This document shows positions 11,830 to 24,200 of a stretch of 64,000 bases of DNA, piece by piece (within the stretch, counting starts at the first letter, position 1; each line of letters begins with the position of its first letter). The stretch is from Raja brachyura (lineage: Eukaryota). Under the pieces are notes generated by a model that ran no database searches, had not been told where the DNA came from, and saw only the letters and a program-made list of their open reading frames with translations. The position numbers and the translations under genes were made by a program. The stretch covers positions 2,852,001 through 2,916,000 of the forward strand of contig OY740827.1 of assembly GCA_963514005.1 (NCBI GenBank). The letters run 5' to 3'.

Positions 11830-12760
11830 TTGATAACATAACTTCTAATGGCTCCTTACTGAACACTCACAGCCATGATGACCTTGTGATCTCGGTCTCT
11901 GAAGTCAATGTCACATCTTCCTTCAAGAAGATGAGTTCACATCAAGCACCCAGCCCAGACAGTGTTCATGGCTGAGTACTAAAAACCTGTGTTGAGTAAC
12001 TACTTTGAGGGTTCAAGAATATCTTCAACCTCTCACATCTGTGGTCAAGGTTCAAACCTGCTCCAACAGTGGATCTATCGTTCCCATGTTGAAGAAGACC
12101 ACTGTGATCTGCCTCACCGACTACCATCTGGTAGCACTTTGATTCACGGTAATAAAGTGCCTACAGAGGTTGGTTTGGGTGCAAATCAACTCTTGCCTCA
12201 CAAATAACTTGGATCCACTTCAGTTTGCTAACCGTCACAGCTGATCAACAGTATATACTATCTCACTGGCTCTGCACTCTGCTCTAGACCATCTAGAATA
12301 CATGTCAGGCAGCTATTTATCAACTACGGCTCGGCATTCAACACTATCACCCCCTTCAAATTACCAGTGAGGTCCAATACCTGGTTCTCTGTACCTTCCT
12401 TTGCAACTGGATGCTACAGAGAGAGGGAAACTCTGGTTGAGTGGTGCTGCAACAAGAACCTCTAGCTGAACTCTTAACAAACTTGTACAGATGTACTGTG
12501 TAAAGTAAAGTACCCAATGTACAAGAATGCAAGAGGCTGAATGGTGCGGTGGGCCTGGCCCAGTTCACCACAGGCACACTCCTACCCACCATCAATAGCA
12601 TCTACATGAGAACCCACCACAAGAAGGCCGCATCGGTCATCAAGGTTCCCATTCATCCGGGCCGTTCACTCGTCTCGCTGCTAAATCAGGTAGGAGACAC
12701 TGAAGCCTGGAGTTCCACACCACCAGGTTCGGGATCTGCTACTTTCCTCTTGCACTACCA
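11830..12760 (+). mobile_element. Degenerate Rex1/Babar-type LINE RT fragments
   Basis: Remnants QAPSPD, IFNLS, LDPLQFANR..ST...ISLALH; a further KFADDTTV fragment at ~13335. Confidence 0.65.
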
Positions 12761-14775
12761 TGGACTTTTCATAACAACATGATTTGATTGATGCCTTGTA
12801 ACAGTTTTAGAGAATGACCGTATAATTAATGTTTCATGTGAATCCGTCTCTAAGCCTGGGATGCTTCTGCAAAGTAACCTTTCATTGTATCTACATCATA
12901 CATGCATACAACAATAAACTTGACATGATTTGGAAAAAATGTGTTTGGGATCATTCAAGCCTGTGTCATTACTTGTGCATGCCTGAGACTGTTATTCCAG
13001 CACTTTGTGTTTTATCCTTGAAGTTCCTCTCTTAACTTGTCATTGCTCCCTCAAGTACAGCACACTCCAGCAAAACATTTCCATAATGAGCCTTGGAAAA
13101 TGTGAATATATTTCCATATGTCTTGAGAAACCCATTAGAGGAAAACACAGGCAGTGATTTCTGTTTTATGAAGGCATGGCTAATTGAAGATACAGACTCC
13201 AGTCTGTGACTAATTGTTTGGTCCACTGTGCAACTAATTCCTGCCCTCCTTAATGTCTCGGAGACATGTACTACTTGCAACAGGCTCCACAAATTTGTAG
13301 ATGCTTAATCAAATGTGTCACTAATGACGTATCTATAAGTTTGCAGATGACACCACTGTCGGATCGTGAACAATGATGAGACAGAGTACAGGAAGGAGAG
13401 AGTATCTCGTAACTTAGTGTCAAATTAACAACATCCTCCTCAATGTCAGCAAGATGAAGAGCTATTTCTCGTCTTCAGGATGGGTGGTGGAATACATGCC
13501 CCAATCATAGTGCCGAATATCAAATGATCCTTCGGTGTAAGATTATCAGCAATTTTTAATGGACCGATCTCACTGAAACAGCCACTGTTCCCCACAGTTT
13601 TCAGACTACTGAGTGGTCCTTCGATGAGCTAGGTACAGTCCCGATTCTCCAACCTAGCTCATTTTCTCTGGAACAGTTGCATGACAATACTGAGAAATAT
13701 ATTTTGCAGTCTGCCATCTTTCCCTTCACTCTACCTTTTATACTTGTGATGTATTGTATTATGTGGTTTGACTGAATAGCATGCAAGTTAAAGCTTTTCA
13801 CTGTACTGCACACACGTGACAACAATAAACATAAACCGACTGCTATCTGTTAAATCTTGCTAAATACTTGACAGGATTAAATCAACCATAGGCATTGGTT
13901 TCTCCCAGATGAACAAAGTGGCATCAAGGCTCAAGATTTTGCAGAAAAGGCTTAATGGCCGTCCTTTATGAAACAGCATAAAGCATAATGAATGTGTGGG
14001 AATCCTTGATCTGCGGCTGTTCAAAATGGAGGAGGACCACCTGGAAGGCCATTTGACCCAGAAGTCTCATCAGGAAATCAAAGAGTCTCAAATATATTCT
14101 CATAAGCCATTCACTCATATAGACATTCAGTAGCAGAATCTTTACCTTACTCCAAGGCCTAAAAAATCAGTTCTCTCAAAACTGACAGAACTGGAATGGG
14201 AGCAGTGATCCTCTACACCGCGAGATTGCCCATAAATAAGGGATATCAAAGTGGGCAGTTAAATATATCTCAACATCCCCGGAGGAGATCATCCACAACA
14301 CTCAAGAAGCTTGGCACTCTTAATTCCAAAATAAACTGGTTTTGCAAGCTCACACCTGCCTTGAAATGTGCGCCGTGTGCGGGAATGTTTCAATCAGCCA
14401 TGATCACAATGAATGGCCTCCTGCACCTATTTTCTATGTTTCTAATGTCTTTGAGGACTCAGCTGCTTTCACTGTTCACCCTTGCACCGTGCCTGAAGTG
14501 GTATGAAACTGCACTTGAATTCGGTGGCCTTGCACCCTGCCTGAAGTGGTAGAAAACTGCACTTGAATACGGCGGCCTTGCACCCTGCCTGAAGCGGTAG
14601 GAAGCTGCACTTGAATTCGGCGGCCTTGCACCCTGCCTGAAGTGGTTGGAAACTGCACTTGAATTTGGCGGTCTTGCACCCTGCCTGACCTGGTAGGAAA
14701 CTGCACTTGAATTCGGCAGCCTTGCACCCTGGTTGAAGTGTTAGGAAACTGCACTTGAATTCGGCGGCCTTGCAC

Positions 14776-17775
14776 TAGCAATGTTACAAAATTTTGTGAT
14801 TTAAAAAATCAAGTCTGCAATTTATCCCATCAGATAAAGCATAAAAAGAAGTTTAATTTGACACCTAATTTACTTTCATATAGAAACATAGAAACATAGA
14901 AATTAGGTGCAGGAATAGGCCATTCGGCCCTTCGAGCCTGCACCGCCATTCAATATGATCATGGCTGATCATCCAACTCAGTATCCCGTACCTGCCTTCT
15001 CTCCATACCCTCTGATCCCCTTAGCCACAAGGGCCACATCTAACTCCCTCTTAAATATATCCAATGAACTGGCCTCAACTACCCTCTGTGGCAGAGAATT
15101 CCAGAGACCCACCACTCTCTGTGTGAAAAAATTCCTTCTCATCTCGGTCCTAAAGGATTTCCCCCTTATCCTTAAGCTGTGACCCCTTGTCCTGGACGTC
15201 CCCAACATCGGGAACAATCTTCCTGCATCTAGCCTGTCCAACCCCTTAAGAATCTTGTAAGTTTCTATAAGATCCCCTCTCAATCTCCTAAATTCTAGAG
15301 AGTATAAACCGAGTCTATGCAGTCTTTGTTCATAAGACAGTCCTGACATCCCAGGAATCAGTCTGGTGAACCTTCGCTGCACTCCCTCTATGGCAATAAT
15401 GTCCTTCCTCAGATTTGGAGACCAGAACTGTACGCAATACTCCAGGTGTGGCCTCACCAAGACCCTATACAACTGAAGTAGAACCTCCCTGCTCCTATAC
15501 TCAAATCCTTTTGCTATGAAAGCTAACATACCATTGGCTTTCTTCACTGCCTGTTGCACCTGCATGCCTACTTTCAATGACTGGTGTACCATGACACCCA
15601 GGTCGCGCTGCATCTCCCCTTTTCCTAATCGGCCACCATTTAGATAGTAGTCGGTTTTCCTATTTTTGCCACCAAAGTGGATAACCTCACATTTATCCAC
15701 ATTATACTGCATCTGCCAAACATTTGCCCACTCACCCAGCCTATCCAAGTCACCTTGCATTCTCCTAGCATCCTCCTCACAGCCAACACTGCCCCCAGCT
15801 TAGTGTCATCCGCAAACTTGGAGATATTGCCTTCAATTCCCTCATCCAGATCATTTATGTATATTGTAAATAGCTGGGGTCCCAGCACTGAGCCTTGCGG
15901 TACCCCACTAGTCACTGCCTGCCATTGTGAAAACGACCCGTTAACTCCTACTCTTTGCTTCCTGTTTGCCAGCCAGTTCTCTATCCACATCAATACTGAA
16001 CCCCCAATGCCATATGCTTTAAGTTTATATACTAATCGCTTATGTGGGACCTTGTCGAAAGCCTTCTGGAAGTCCAGATACACCACATCCACTGGTTCTC
16101 CCCCATCCACGCTACTAGTTACATCCTCGAAAAATTCCACAAGATTCGTCAGACATGATTTACCTTTCGTAAATCCATGCTGGCTTTGTCCAATGATTTC
16201 ACCACTTTCCAAATGTGCTGCTATCCCATCTTTAATAACTGACTCTAGCAGTTTCCCCACTACCGATGTTAGACTAACTGGTCTGTAATTCCCCGTTTTC
16301 TCTCTCCCCCCCTTCTTAAAAAGAGGGGTTACGTTTGCTACCCGCCAATCCTCAGGAACTACTCCAGAATCTAAAGAGTTTTGAAAGATTATCACTAATG
16401 CATCCACTATTTCCGGAGCTACTTCCTTAAGTACTCTGGGATGCAGCCTATCTGGCCCTGGGGATTTATCGGCCTTTAATCCATTCAATTTACCCAACAC
16501 CACTTCCCGACTAACCTGGATTTCACTCAAGTACTCCTTTGACCTGCGGTCCCCTGCTATTTCCGGCAGATTATTTATGTCTTCCTTAGTGAAGACGGAA
16601 CCAAAGTAGTTATTCAATTGGTCCGCCATATCCTTGTTCCCCATGATCAACTCACCTGTTTCTGACTGCAAGGGACCTACATTTGTTTTAACTAATCTCT
16701 TTCTCTTCACATATCTATAAAAACTTTTGCAGTCAGTTTTTATGTTCCCTGCCAGTTTTCTTTCATAATCTATTTTTCCTTTCCTAATCAAGCCCTTTGT
16801 CCTTCTCTGCTGGTCTCTGAATTTTTCCCAGTCCTCTGGTAAATATCTTCAGTATTAAGAAAGTTATGGCCATTTTCATACTCGGAAATGAGCTTCTTGC
16901 TTCCCATTGCCTTTCAATTGACTTAACTCAAAAGCTGTGATCTGGAAAAGTTAAAAGTCCATAACATTCTTAAAAATTAAGAGAACTCAATGACATTTTC
17001 AGTTATTATAGATTGAAGCATTCTGAAACAAATATGAAACAATCTTACTTGGATTACCTGAAATTAAAGCATATAATTAGTTAGTTATCTAATTGTAGCT
17101 AATTACAAAATTCAGTGAGTAGATCTAAACATCTATCAATTTCTTAAGAAAAGATAAACTTTTTTTTAATTGCCTAAGTGTCCAAATAACATTCACACAA
17201 TAATCCACAATATAACATAATTTTTAAATCTAATTTTCATGAATTTCTGGGCCAAATGGAAGGAATTTAGTGTTTTATGCTGTAAATTAATGGCCATTTA
17301 AATCAACTAGCGAGTGGGTTTTAGTGGAATGCGGTGGATTAGAACGTTGCGGTTAGCGGTGAAGTCGGGGGGGAAAAATACTGGGGGTTCATACATTTTT
17401 TGGGGACCCCATTTCGCAACATAAAAATATTATTAATGCCTCCCGAAAAACCAACTTTTAATATAAAAATATAGTATTTACCTTTTTTTCTCCCCTACGC
17501 AAAATGCTTCCGGTTGTCTGTGCTCACGGCTTTTGAAAGTGATTTTTAAATTGTTCTAGTTAATAAATAATGTAGAGTAATTTAAAAATACCACCATTCA
17601 TGAAATGTCGGAGTGATTTTTCTTCAGCAACCAAATCGCCCGACATTGATCGATTTGTCCTGCCTGTTGAAAAACGGCACTTTAAGCCTGCCCCCCTCTG
17701 CAAGGCGCGAAAGTCACGCACACGGGGAGCGGCAGAAGTGCAGCGCCGGTAAAGGTACGTTTTGTAACATACCTA
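14776..17775. mobile_element. Non-autonomous TIR DNA transposon (TAG...CTA ends)
   Basis: TIRs TAGCAATGTTACAAAA / TTTTGTAACATACCTA; 7-bp TSD CTTGCAC on both sides; AT-rich non-coding interior. Confidence 0.75.
14881..16840 (-). mobile_element. Young 5'-truncated CR1 LINE (RT domain)
   Basis: ORFs 15640-16791 and 14978-15760 encode CR1 ORF2 ([38 protein letters not shown]) with one frameshift; (TTTCTATG)n tail. Confidence 0.95.
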
Positions 17776-18092
17776 CTTGCACCCTGCCTGAAGTGGTAGG
17801 AAACTTCACTTGAAGTTGGCGGCCTTGCACCCTGCCTGAAGTGGGATGAAACTGCACTTGAATTTGGTGGCCTTGCACCCTGCTTGAAATGGAATTTCAA
17901 AGAAGAGCCGTGAGTCAACTGCCTGCCCACCAGGCTTGAGTGACTGAGCTGCCAGCCCGAGAATCCATTTGGCCCACAATGTCCATACTAGCACTCCAAA
18001 AAGCCCCCACACCCCCACCAATATTGGTATTGGTGGAGAGGTGGAATATTACATTGGGAGACCAGCCCTCCTGTGTGAACACTTAGTCTAGT

Positions 18093-19510
18093 ACTAACTA
18101 GCGTAGGCAAGCACTTGATAATATAAAGCACATAATAGGCGGAGTCACTACTAACAAGCACTATAATTGGCTAGTATGAAATAGGCAATCTATATCTTCC
18201 CTTGTAGAAACGAAAGAAACATCGGTGGCTAAGCAATATCGGTGGAATGTCAATAACACATTTGGGATAGTTTGCTAAATGACACAAAATCACCATATCT
18301 AACGGGTGGCCTGCAAACCCGTCCGGCCCGTGTGCGGTACGAGTCCGCCTCACCTCCTTTCACTGGAGAAAATACCGGGCAAGGAATTGGGGACATGACC
18401 GGCGACCCGACAGGCAGGGAGGGTGACAAGATAGGCGAGCTGGTCGCCAAGCACCGTGGGGAGGCTGCGGTGGAAACTATAGTTGGCAGTGGGGCCGCGG
18501 GACCTACCATGGGAGGGTATACGAAACGCGAGACATCTGGATACGGAGTCGCAGGAAGCGGTTCCTTCACCGGAAGGATATGTTGACGGTTGCGTCTGTA
18601 GATGGCTCCATCCACTTCAACCAGATAAGAACGCGGTTCTTTGGCAGGGCCGTGGATGTGACCCAGATGTGCATGGCCCTTGTTGGTCTGGAGACAAACC
18701 ACTTGCCCACGTGCGAGCGGTTTAAGTGGCTTGCTGGATTTGTCGAAGAAGCGCTTCTGCGTGTAGTTGTTTCTGAACTGCAGGCGGGGAATGAACTTGT
18801 GGCTGCAAAAGCTGCTGGGCCACAGGCAGGGGAGCACTGGTTTGGCGAGACATCAGTCGTTGGGCTGGAGAACCCAGTTTGGGATCCCGTGAAATATTCT
18901 GTATGCCATGTGTGACAGCATACACAATGAACTCAAGCGCATGGTCTCCATGGGTTTTATGTCTGAAGTTACCGACCCATCTGACTGGGTTTCCACCATG
19001 GTGGTCGCAACAAAGAAAACAAGGAGGAGATCCATAACTGCATAAGCCCCAGAGATCTTAATGCCTGCATTACCCAATGTAAACAACAGAAGATGTTGCT
19101 GCCCAGATAGGCAACGCATCAGTATTCTCCGTTCTAGATGCCAAAGGCACGTTTTGGCAGATTCCACTGGAGCCAATCTCGTCCAATCACACTACATTCA
19201 TCACCACCCTTTAGCCGATACAAATGTCTGAGATTGCCCTTTGGCATCAACTCTGCCAGCAAAGTTTTCCAGTGCACTACAGAACCACTTCAGAACCATG
19301 ACACCATGTAATGAGCTGACTCGAACACATATCAAGATACAATACATGTTTATTAAATCTACTTACAGCAAGGAACTGCAGACATTACATTTCCTAGCTG
19401 CTACTCATACTAACTAGCATAGGCAAGCTCTTGATAATATAAAGCACATAATAGGCAGAGTCACTACTAACAAGCTTTATAATTGGCTAGTATGAAATAA
19501 CCAACCTACA
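18093..19510 (-). mobile_element. Internally deleted Gypsy/Ty3 LTR retrotransposon
   Basis: 5' LTR 19510-19307 (TGT...ACA), then PBS-like TGGTGTCA; PPT-like AAGGGAAGA before the truncated 3' LTR (18194-18093); integrase C-terminus (PAQRLMSRQT...PRSYLVE...YRRNRQHI) on minus; RT fragment on plus. Confidence 0.85.
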
Positions 19511-19718
19511 AACAGTAAACGGGGAGAGGGGGAGTGAGAGTATATAGTACACAGGGGCAGGGGCAGTAGAGTAACAGTCCACAGGGAGAGGGAGAGTGAG
19601 AGGAACAGTACATGGAGAGGGAGAGTGAGAGTAACAGTAAACGGGGAGAAGGGGAGAGGGGGAATGAGCAGGAAAGTAGGAATAAACGACACGAGACATG
19701 AAGGACAGTTAACTACTC

Positions 19719-19724
19719 TTTATT
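19719..19724 (-). terminator. Candidate poly(A) signal of the Siglec-like gene
   Basis: Minus-strand AATAAA in non-repeat sequence, followed by a GT/T-rich tract. Other AATAAA at ~21012 and ~20036 lie inside repeats. Confidence 0.4.
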
Positions 19725-20016
19725 AACATGCAAGCAATAACTGGTCAGGTGAGGGGAACAGTCGATCAAGACTACTCTTCAAACTCAAACCATGCAGACT
19801 TTTAAAATCATATTTGACAGGTGAAAATTGAAGTGGGCCACGTAGGATTGTTCACATGGTTACCCACTGTTATCCAGTATTCTGTATTTTTCCCTTATCA
19901 ATGGGTGGCACGGTGGTGCAGCGGTAGAGTTGCTGCCTCATAGCGCCAGAGACCCGGTTCAATCCTGACTACGGGTGCTGTCTGCACGGAGTTCTCCCTG
20001 TGACAGCATGGGTTTT

Positions 20017-20752
20017 GAATTTAATTGTATTTCCTTTATTGTTATTTAACCAAGTTTGAATGAAATTTTGTACCATGCAGTCATGACAAAAAAAAGCAAC
20101 AAAACACACAATGAACACAATTTAACACAAACATCCATCACAGTGAATCTCCGGGCACCTCCTCACTGTGATGGAAGGGAAAAAGTATTAATCTTATTTG
20201 CTTGTGCTCCCGCTGCATCGAGGCGATCGAGGCTCTCGATGTTGAAGACCCCGCCGGGTGATGGTAAATCCCGCGGCCGATTTTTAGCTTCGCGAACGGG
20301 CCGATTCAAACTCTGCGATTCGGGCCAGATGAAGCTGCTGTTGCGGGAGCTCGCATAAATCGGTCACCAACCAGAGACCAGCGAGCTCCCGAAGTTACCG
20401 TCCACAGGGCTTGCGGCCAAAGTCTCCGAAGTCGGGTCGCAGCCACAGCACCACCACAGCCTCCGAAGTCAGCCAGCTCCGCGATGGTGAGTCCACATGC
20501 TCAGCCACCGGAGTCCCCGAGGTCGATTCCAGTTGGAGGCCGCCAGCTCCATGATATTAGGCCTCAGCACAGACGGAGACAAAGAAAATTTGCATCCCCA
20601 TTGAGGGAAGAGAATGAAAATTCCCCCACCCCCCACATATACACAACTAAAAATAGACTAAAACATACATCTAACAAGACAAAAAGAACAAAAAAAGGAA
20701 TGACAGGCGGACTGCAGGCGAGCCGCAGCTGCTTGGGCGGCGCCACCACTTC
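20017..20752 (-). mobile_element. Non-autonomous LINE-derived insert splitting a V-SINE
   Basis: SINE halves at 19905-20016 and 20753-20915 rejoin at GTTTT; the insert has a GC-rich 5' end and an AATAAA-containing 3' end. Confidence 0.6.
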
Positions 20753-21185
20753 CGTTTTCCCGTGTGCTTCCCACACTCCAAAGATGTACATGTTTGTATG
20801 TTAATTGGCCTGGTATAAATATCCCTAGTGTGTGTAGCACAGCCTTATTACGCGGATTTCGCTGGTCAACGTGGACTCGCTGGGACAAAGGGTCCAATTC
20901 CGCGCTGTATCCCAAAACACAGTTCTGTCACTAAAAAACAAAACATGCAGGTGTTCAAGTTGTTGACTTTGTGGATCAGTGTGACCGGACGTGTTTACGG
21001 TACAATAAAACTTTATTCATCCCAGGAGGAAAATTGATCAGCCAACAGCCATAAAAACACAAAATACATGAGGTGCACATGGAGTCAATGGAGGGGAGGT
21101 TGGTTGCAGAGAGTGAGGAAAGAGAGAGATGAGCAGAGAAAGTGGGCGGAGGGAGGGTGCGCACCGAGAGGGGTTGAACTGGGGC

Positions 21186-21242
21186 TCATTTTGATCTGAG
21201 CTGGAGCTCGCTGTACAGATCCCGGTCACCGACATTCAGCTC
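21186..21242 (-). CDS. Siglec-like gene exon 10: [18 protein letters not shown]-stop (completes the ITAM)
   Basis: Strong acceptor tgtttctctcctcacag, phase 0; gives YQEL-x7-YSEL. Confidence 0.82.
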   Translation of the reverse strand, partial: ELNVGDRDLYSELQLRSK

Positions 21243-24200
21243 CTGTGAGGAGAGAAACACAGGTTACAGGAATAGAATAAACAGCCCACAATGTAGGGGC
21301 CGGAAGGGACGGGTTTACTGAGACACAGGGGGGTGTAGGGGCCAGAGGGGAGGGGATTATGGAGACGGGGGGGGGGGGTGTAGGGGCCAGAGGGGAGGGG
21401 ATTACGGAGACAGGGAGGGGTGTAGGGGCCGGAGGAGAGGGGATTACAGAGAGGTGTAGGGGCTGTGGGGGTGCGAGGGGGATACAGAGACAGGGAAGTG
21501 TGTTGGGGCCAGAGTGGATGGGCCAGAGGGGAGATGGGGTTATACAGACAGGGAGGGGTGTAGGGGCCGGCGGGGAGGTGGTGACAGTGTCTGGGTGTGG
21601 AGGGACTTTCACTGAGCTAAGGGAGGAGGGGGATACATGGGAGTGAATGTTGGGGTGTGGAAAGCACAGGATAAGGTTCTAGCTGCAGGGGAGTGGGGCA
21701 GGGACAGGGTCGGTGATGTTCAGTACGTGGAACGGGATAAAGTGGGGAAGTGGGGTCCGAGGATGTTTCCACTAGTGGGAGAGTCTAGGACCAGAGGCCA
21801 CTGCCTCAGAATTAAAGAATGTTCCTTTAGGAAAGAGATGATGAGGTATTTCTTTCATCAGAGGGTGGTAAATCTGTGGAAATAATTGCCTCAGACGGCT
21901 GTGGAGGCCAAGTCAGAGGATATTTTTCAGGCAGAGTTGGATAAGATTCCTGATTTGTGCGGGTGTCAAGGATTATGGGAAGAAGGCAGGCGAATGGGGT
22001 TGGGAGCGAGAGATAGATCAGCCATGATTGAACGGCGGAGTAGACTTGATGGGCTGAATGGGCTAATTTTACTTCAGAGTCACGTGAGTGACTATGTGAA
22101 GAAGCCCGCCTGGCGCTTGATCGGCATTACGTCGATGCTGTCGGTATGGAAAGAGCTGCAGAGCGCAGCTCCAACACAGCGGTAAGGAAACGGCCCGCAG
22201 GTAAGTAAATTACTTTTACTTCCAGGGCGTTTTTAAAACTCCGTAGGCTGGTGGGTAAACCAGGAGGAGTTTAAAAATAAAATGGAAAAAGTTTAAAAAA
22301 AAAAAAAAAAAAATCACGGGTAAAACGTGCGTCCCGGGGTGGAGAAGAAAAATAGTCGGGACAGCAGATTATTGCAGAGCCGGTTCCGATACCGGTGGCC
22401 GTTGAAATACCCGTTAGTGAGCCTTCGGTTGCTCCACAAACAGGATCCACGGAGGAAAACCCAGTGCCTAAAAAATGTAAAAGAAAATCTGAAAGGCCTG
22501 TGGGTTCTGATGAATCTGATTCTGAAAGTCCTCCAGAGAGAAAATAGCCTTATGGCTTAGAATGGAATACAAATGGAGAAAATACTCCAAACAATCATCA
22601 ACCAAGGGTCTAAAAACCAAGAATATTCCCAGGCAGCTCCTGAGGGGGTTCCATATCATGATTATGGTGCCAGTTTGAATTGGGAATTTGAAACTCCAGA
22701 GCCTGGGATTGGGCTGGAGAATATTCTTGAGCAAAGTCTCAGGAGTACCAGGGCTGCATGAGACTGATCCTGAAGGTGGTGATTTCGGTCATGAGTACCC
22801 ACCACAATACAAAAATATTTTTCCAGGTGTGTCTGATGTGGCACAACGTTTTCTATACCTGGAGGCGGCGGTGAGGCCATGGAAGAAACCTGGCGGCCAA
22901 CATAAATTATTTGGTCTCTCACCAGCTTCAAGAAGCTGTTATGGTTGATACAGCAGAATTATTATACCTCACTGAAGGTACCTACGGGAAATTCGGCTTT
23001 TTGGCGCCAATGTCATCAATGATGCAGGCGCAGGAAATATGATTTTGGCTGGGATCACTGCTTTTGGAAAGCAAGTGGAAGATTGTGGAATGACCAAAGT
23101 TCAGAAGGATATGTTGGCATTATTCTGCAACTCAATATTTAAGATTAATTGTATGAGGGAGATTGCCATTTGGCCTATTTTACATCCAAGATTTGCAGGT
23201 TTGTGCAGATCAAGCAATGTTCAAGCTCCTGGTTATTTGTTCGGAGAAAATCTGTTTAAATAAATAAAGAGGTTGATAAAGAGGCAAAGACCTCATTGAC
23301 CTCATGAAACCCTTCGGTTTGGCCAAAGAAAGGGCCGGTCAAACAAGAAGGGGATTTTGATTTGGAGCTGGAACAAGCCGAGGCAGGAGTATGGTAAGGA
23401 AATATTACCAACCAGCACAGCCGAATGTTACCCATATGTTGGGAGAATGTGACCACCATGTCCGGTTGGAGAGGTACAAAAACTTTATCCTATTATAGAA
23501 GAATCTTTGGATGAACCTCAGATTGGTGGTAGTCTATAAATGTTTTATGATAAATGGAACTGTATAACATCTGGCAGTGTTATATTAGGTACTGTCTTAG
23601 GATCAACCATTGATTTTGTAGAAGGTATTGATCCACCAGTACAGAATAAGCCTAATTGTATTTTGGTGTAAGAAAGGAGGTATCGAGAAATCAAGTGAGG
23701 ATCCACAACAATTTGTATCAAATATTTTCCCCAGACACTAAGAAAGATGGGGGTTGTAGAATCATTTTGGACCTCACACTTTTAATACGTTTGTCCAGAA
23801 GGATGCATATTATTCAGTACCAATTCATCATCACATTCGCAGGTATTGAAATTTAATTGGATGGGACAGCTGTGGTAATACAAAGCATTACCTAATGGAT
23901 TAAGCTCAGCTCCTCGGTTGTTCACTAATTGTTGAAACCAGCATTTGCACTGCCCAGGGCACAAAAACACATCGTTGTGGCTTATCTAGATGACATTTTA
24001 ATTGTCAATGCTAATCAGGAGTCAGCTGAAAAATCAGTCTCGGTGACTACAAGCCTGTTTGTAAGGCTAGGTTCCTGATTCATCCAACAAAATCTAAAGT
24101 TACAGCCATCCCAAACTATTGAATATTTGGGGTTTGTGATTAATTCAGTTACCATGTTAGTAACTTTACCAATAGACAAGATTGTTGATATTACAAATTT

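Larger units (their letters stand above)
14478..18090 (+). mobile_element. Non-autonomous Helitron (copy 2, 5'-truncated, interrupted)
   Basis: Same 48-bp array and 3' region as copy 1; ends CTTAGTCTAG|T; split by a TIR element. Confidence 0.7.

Noticed and set aside
15677-16288. Plus-strand ORFs opposite CR1 RT (also 39384-40079)
   Set aside because: Antisense shadows of CR1 ORF2.
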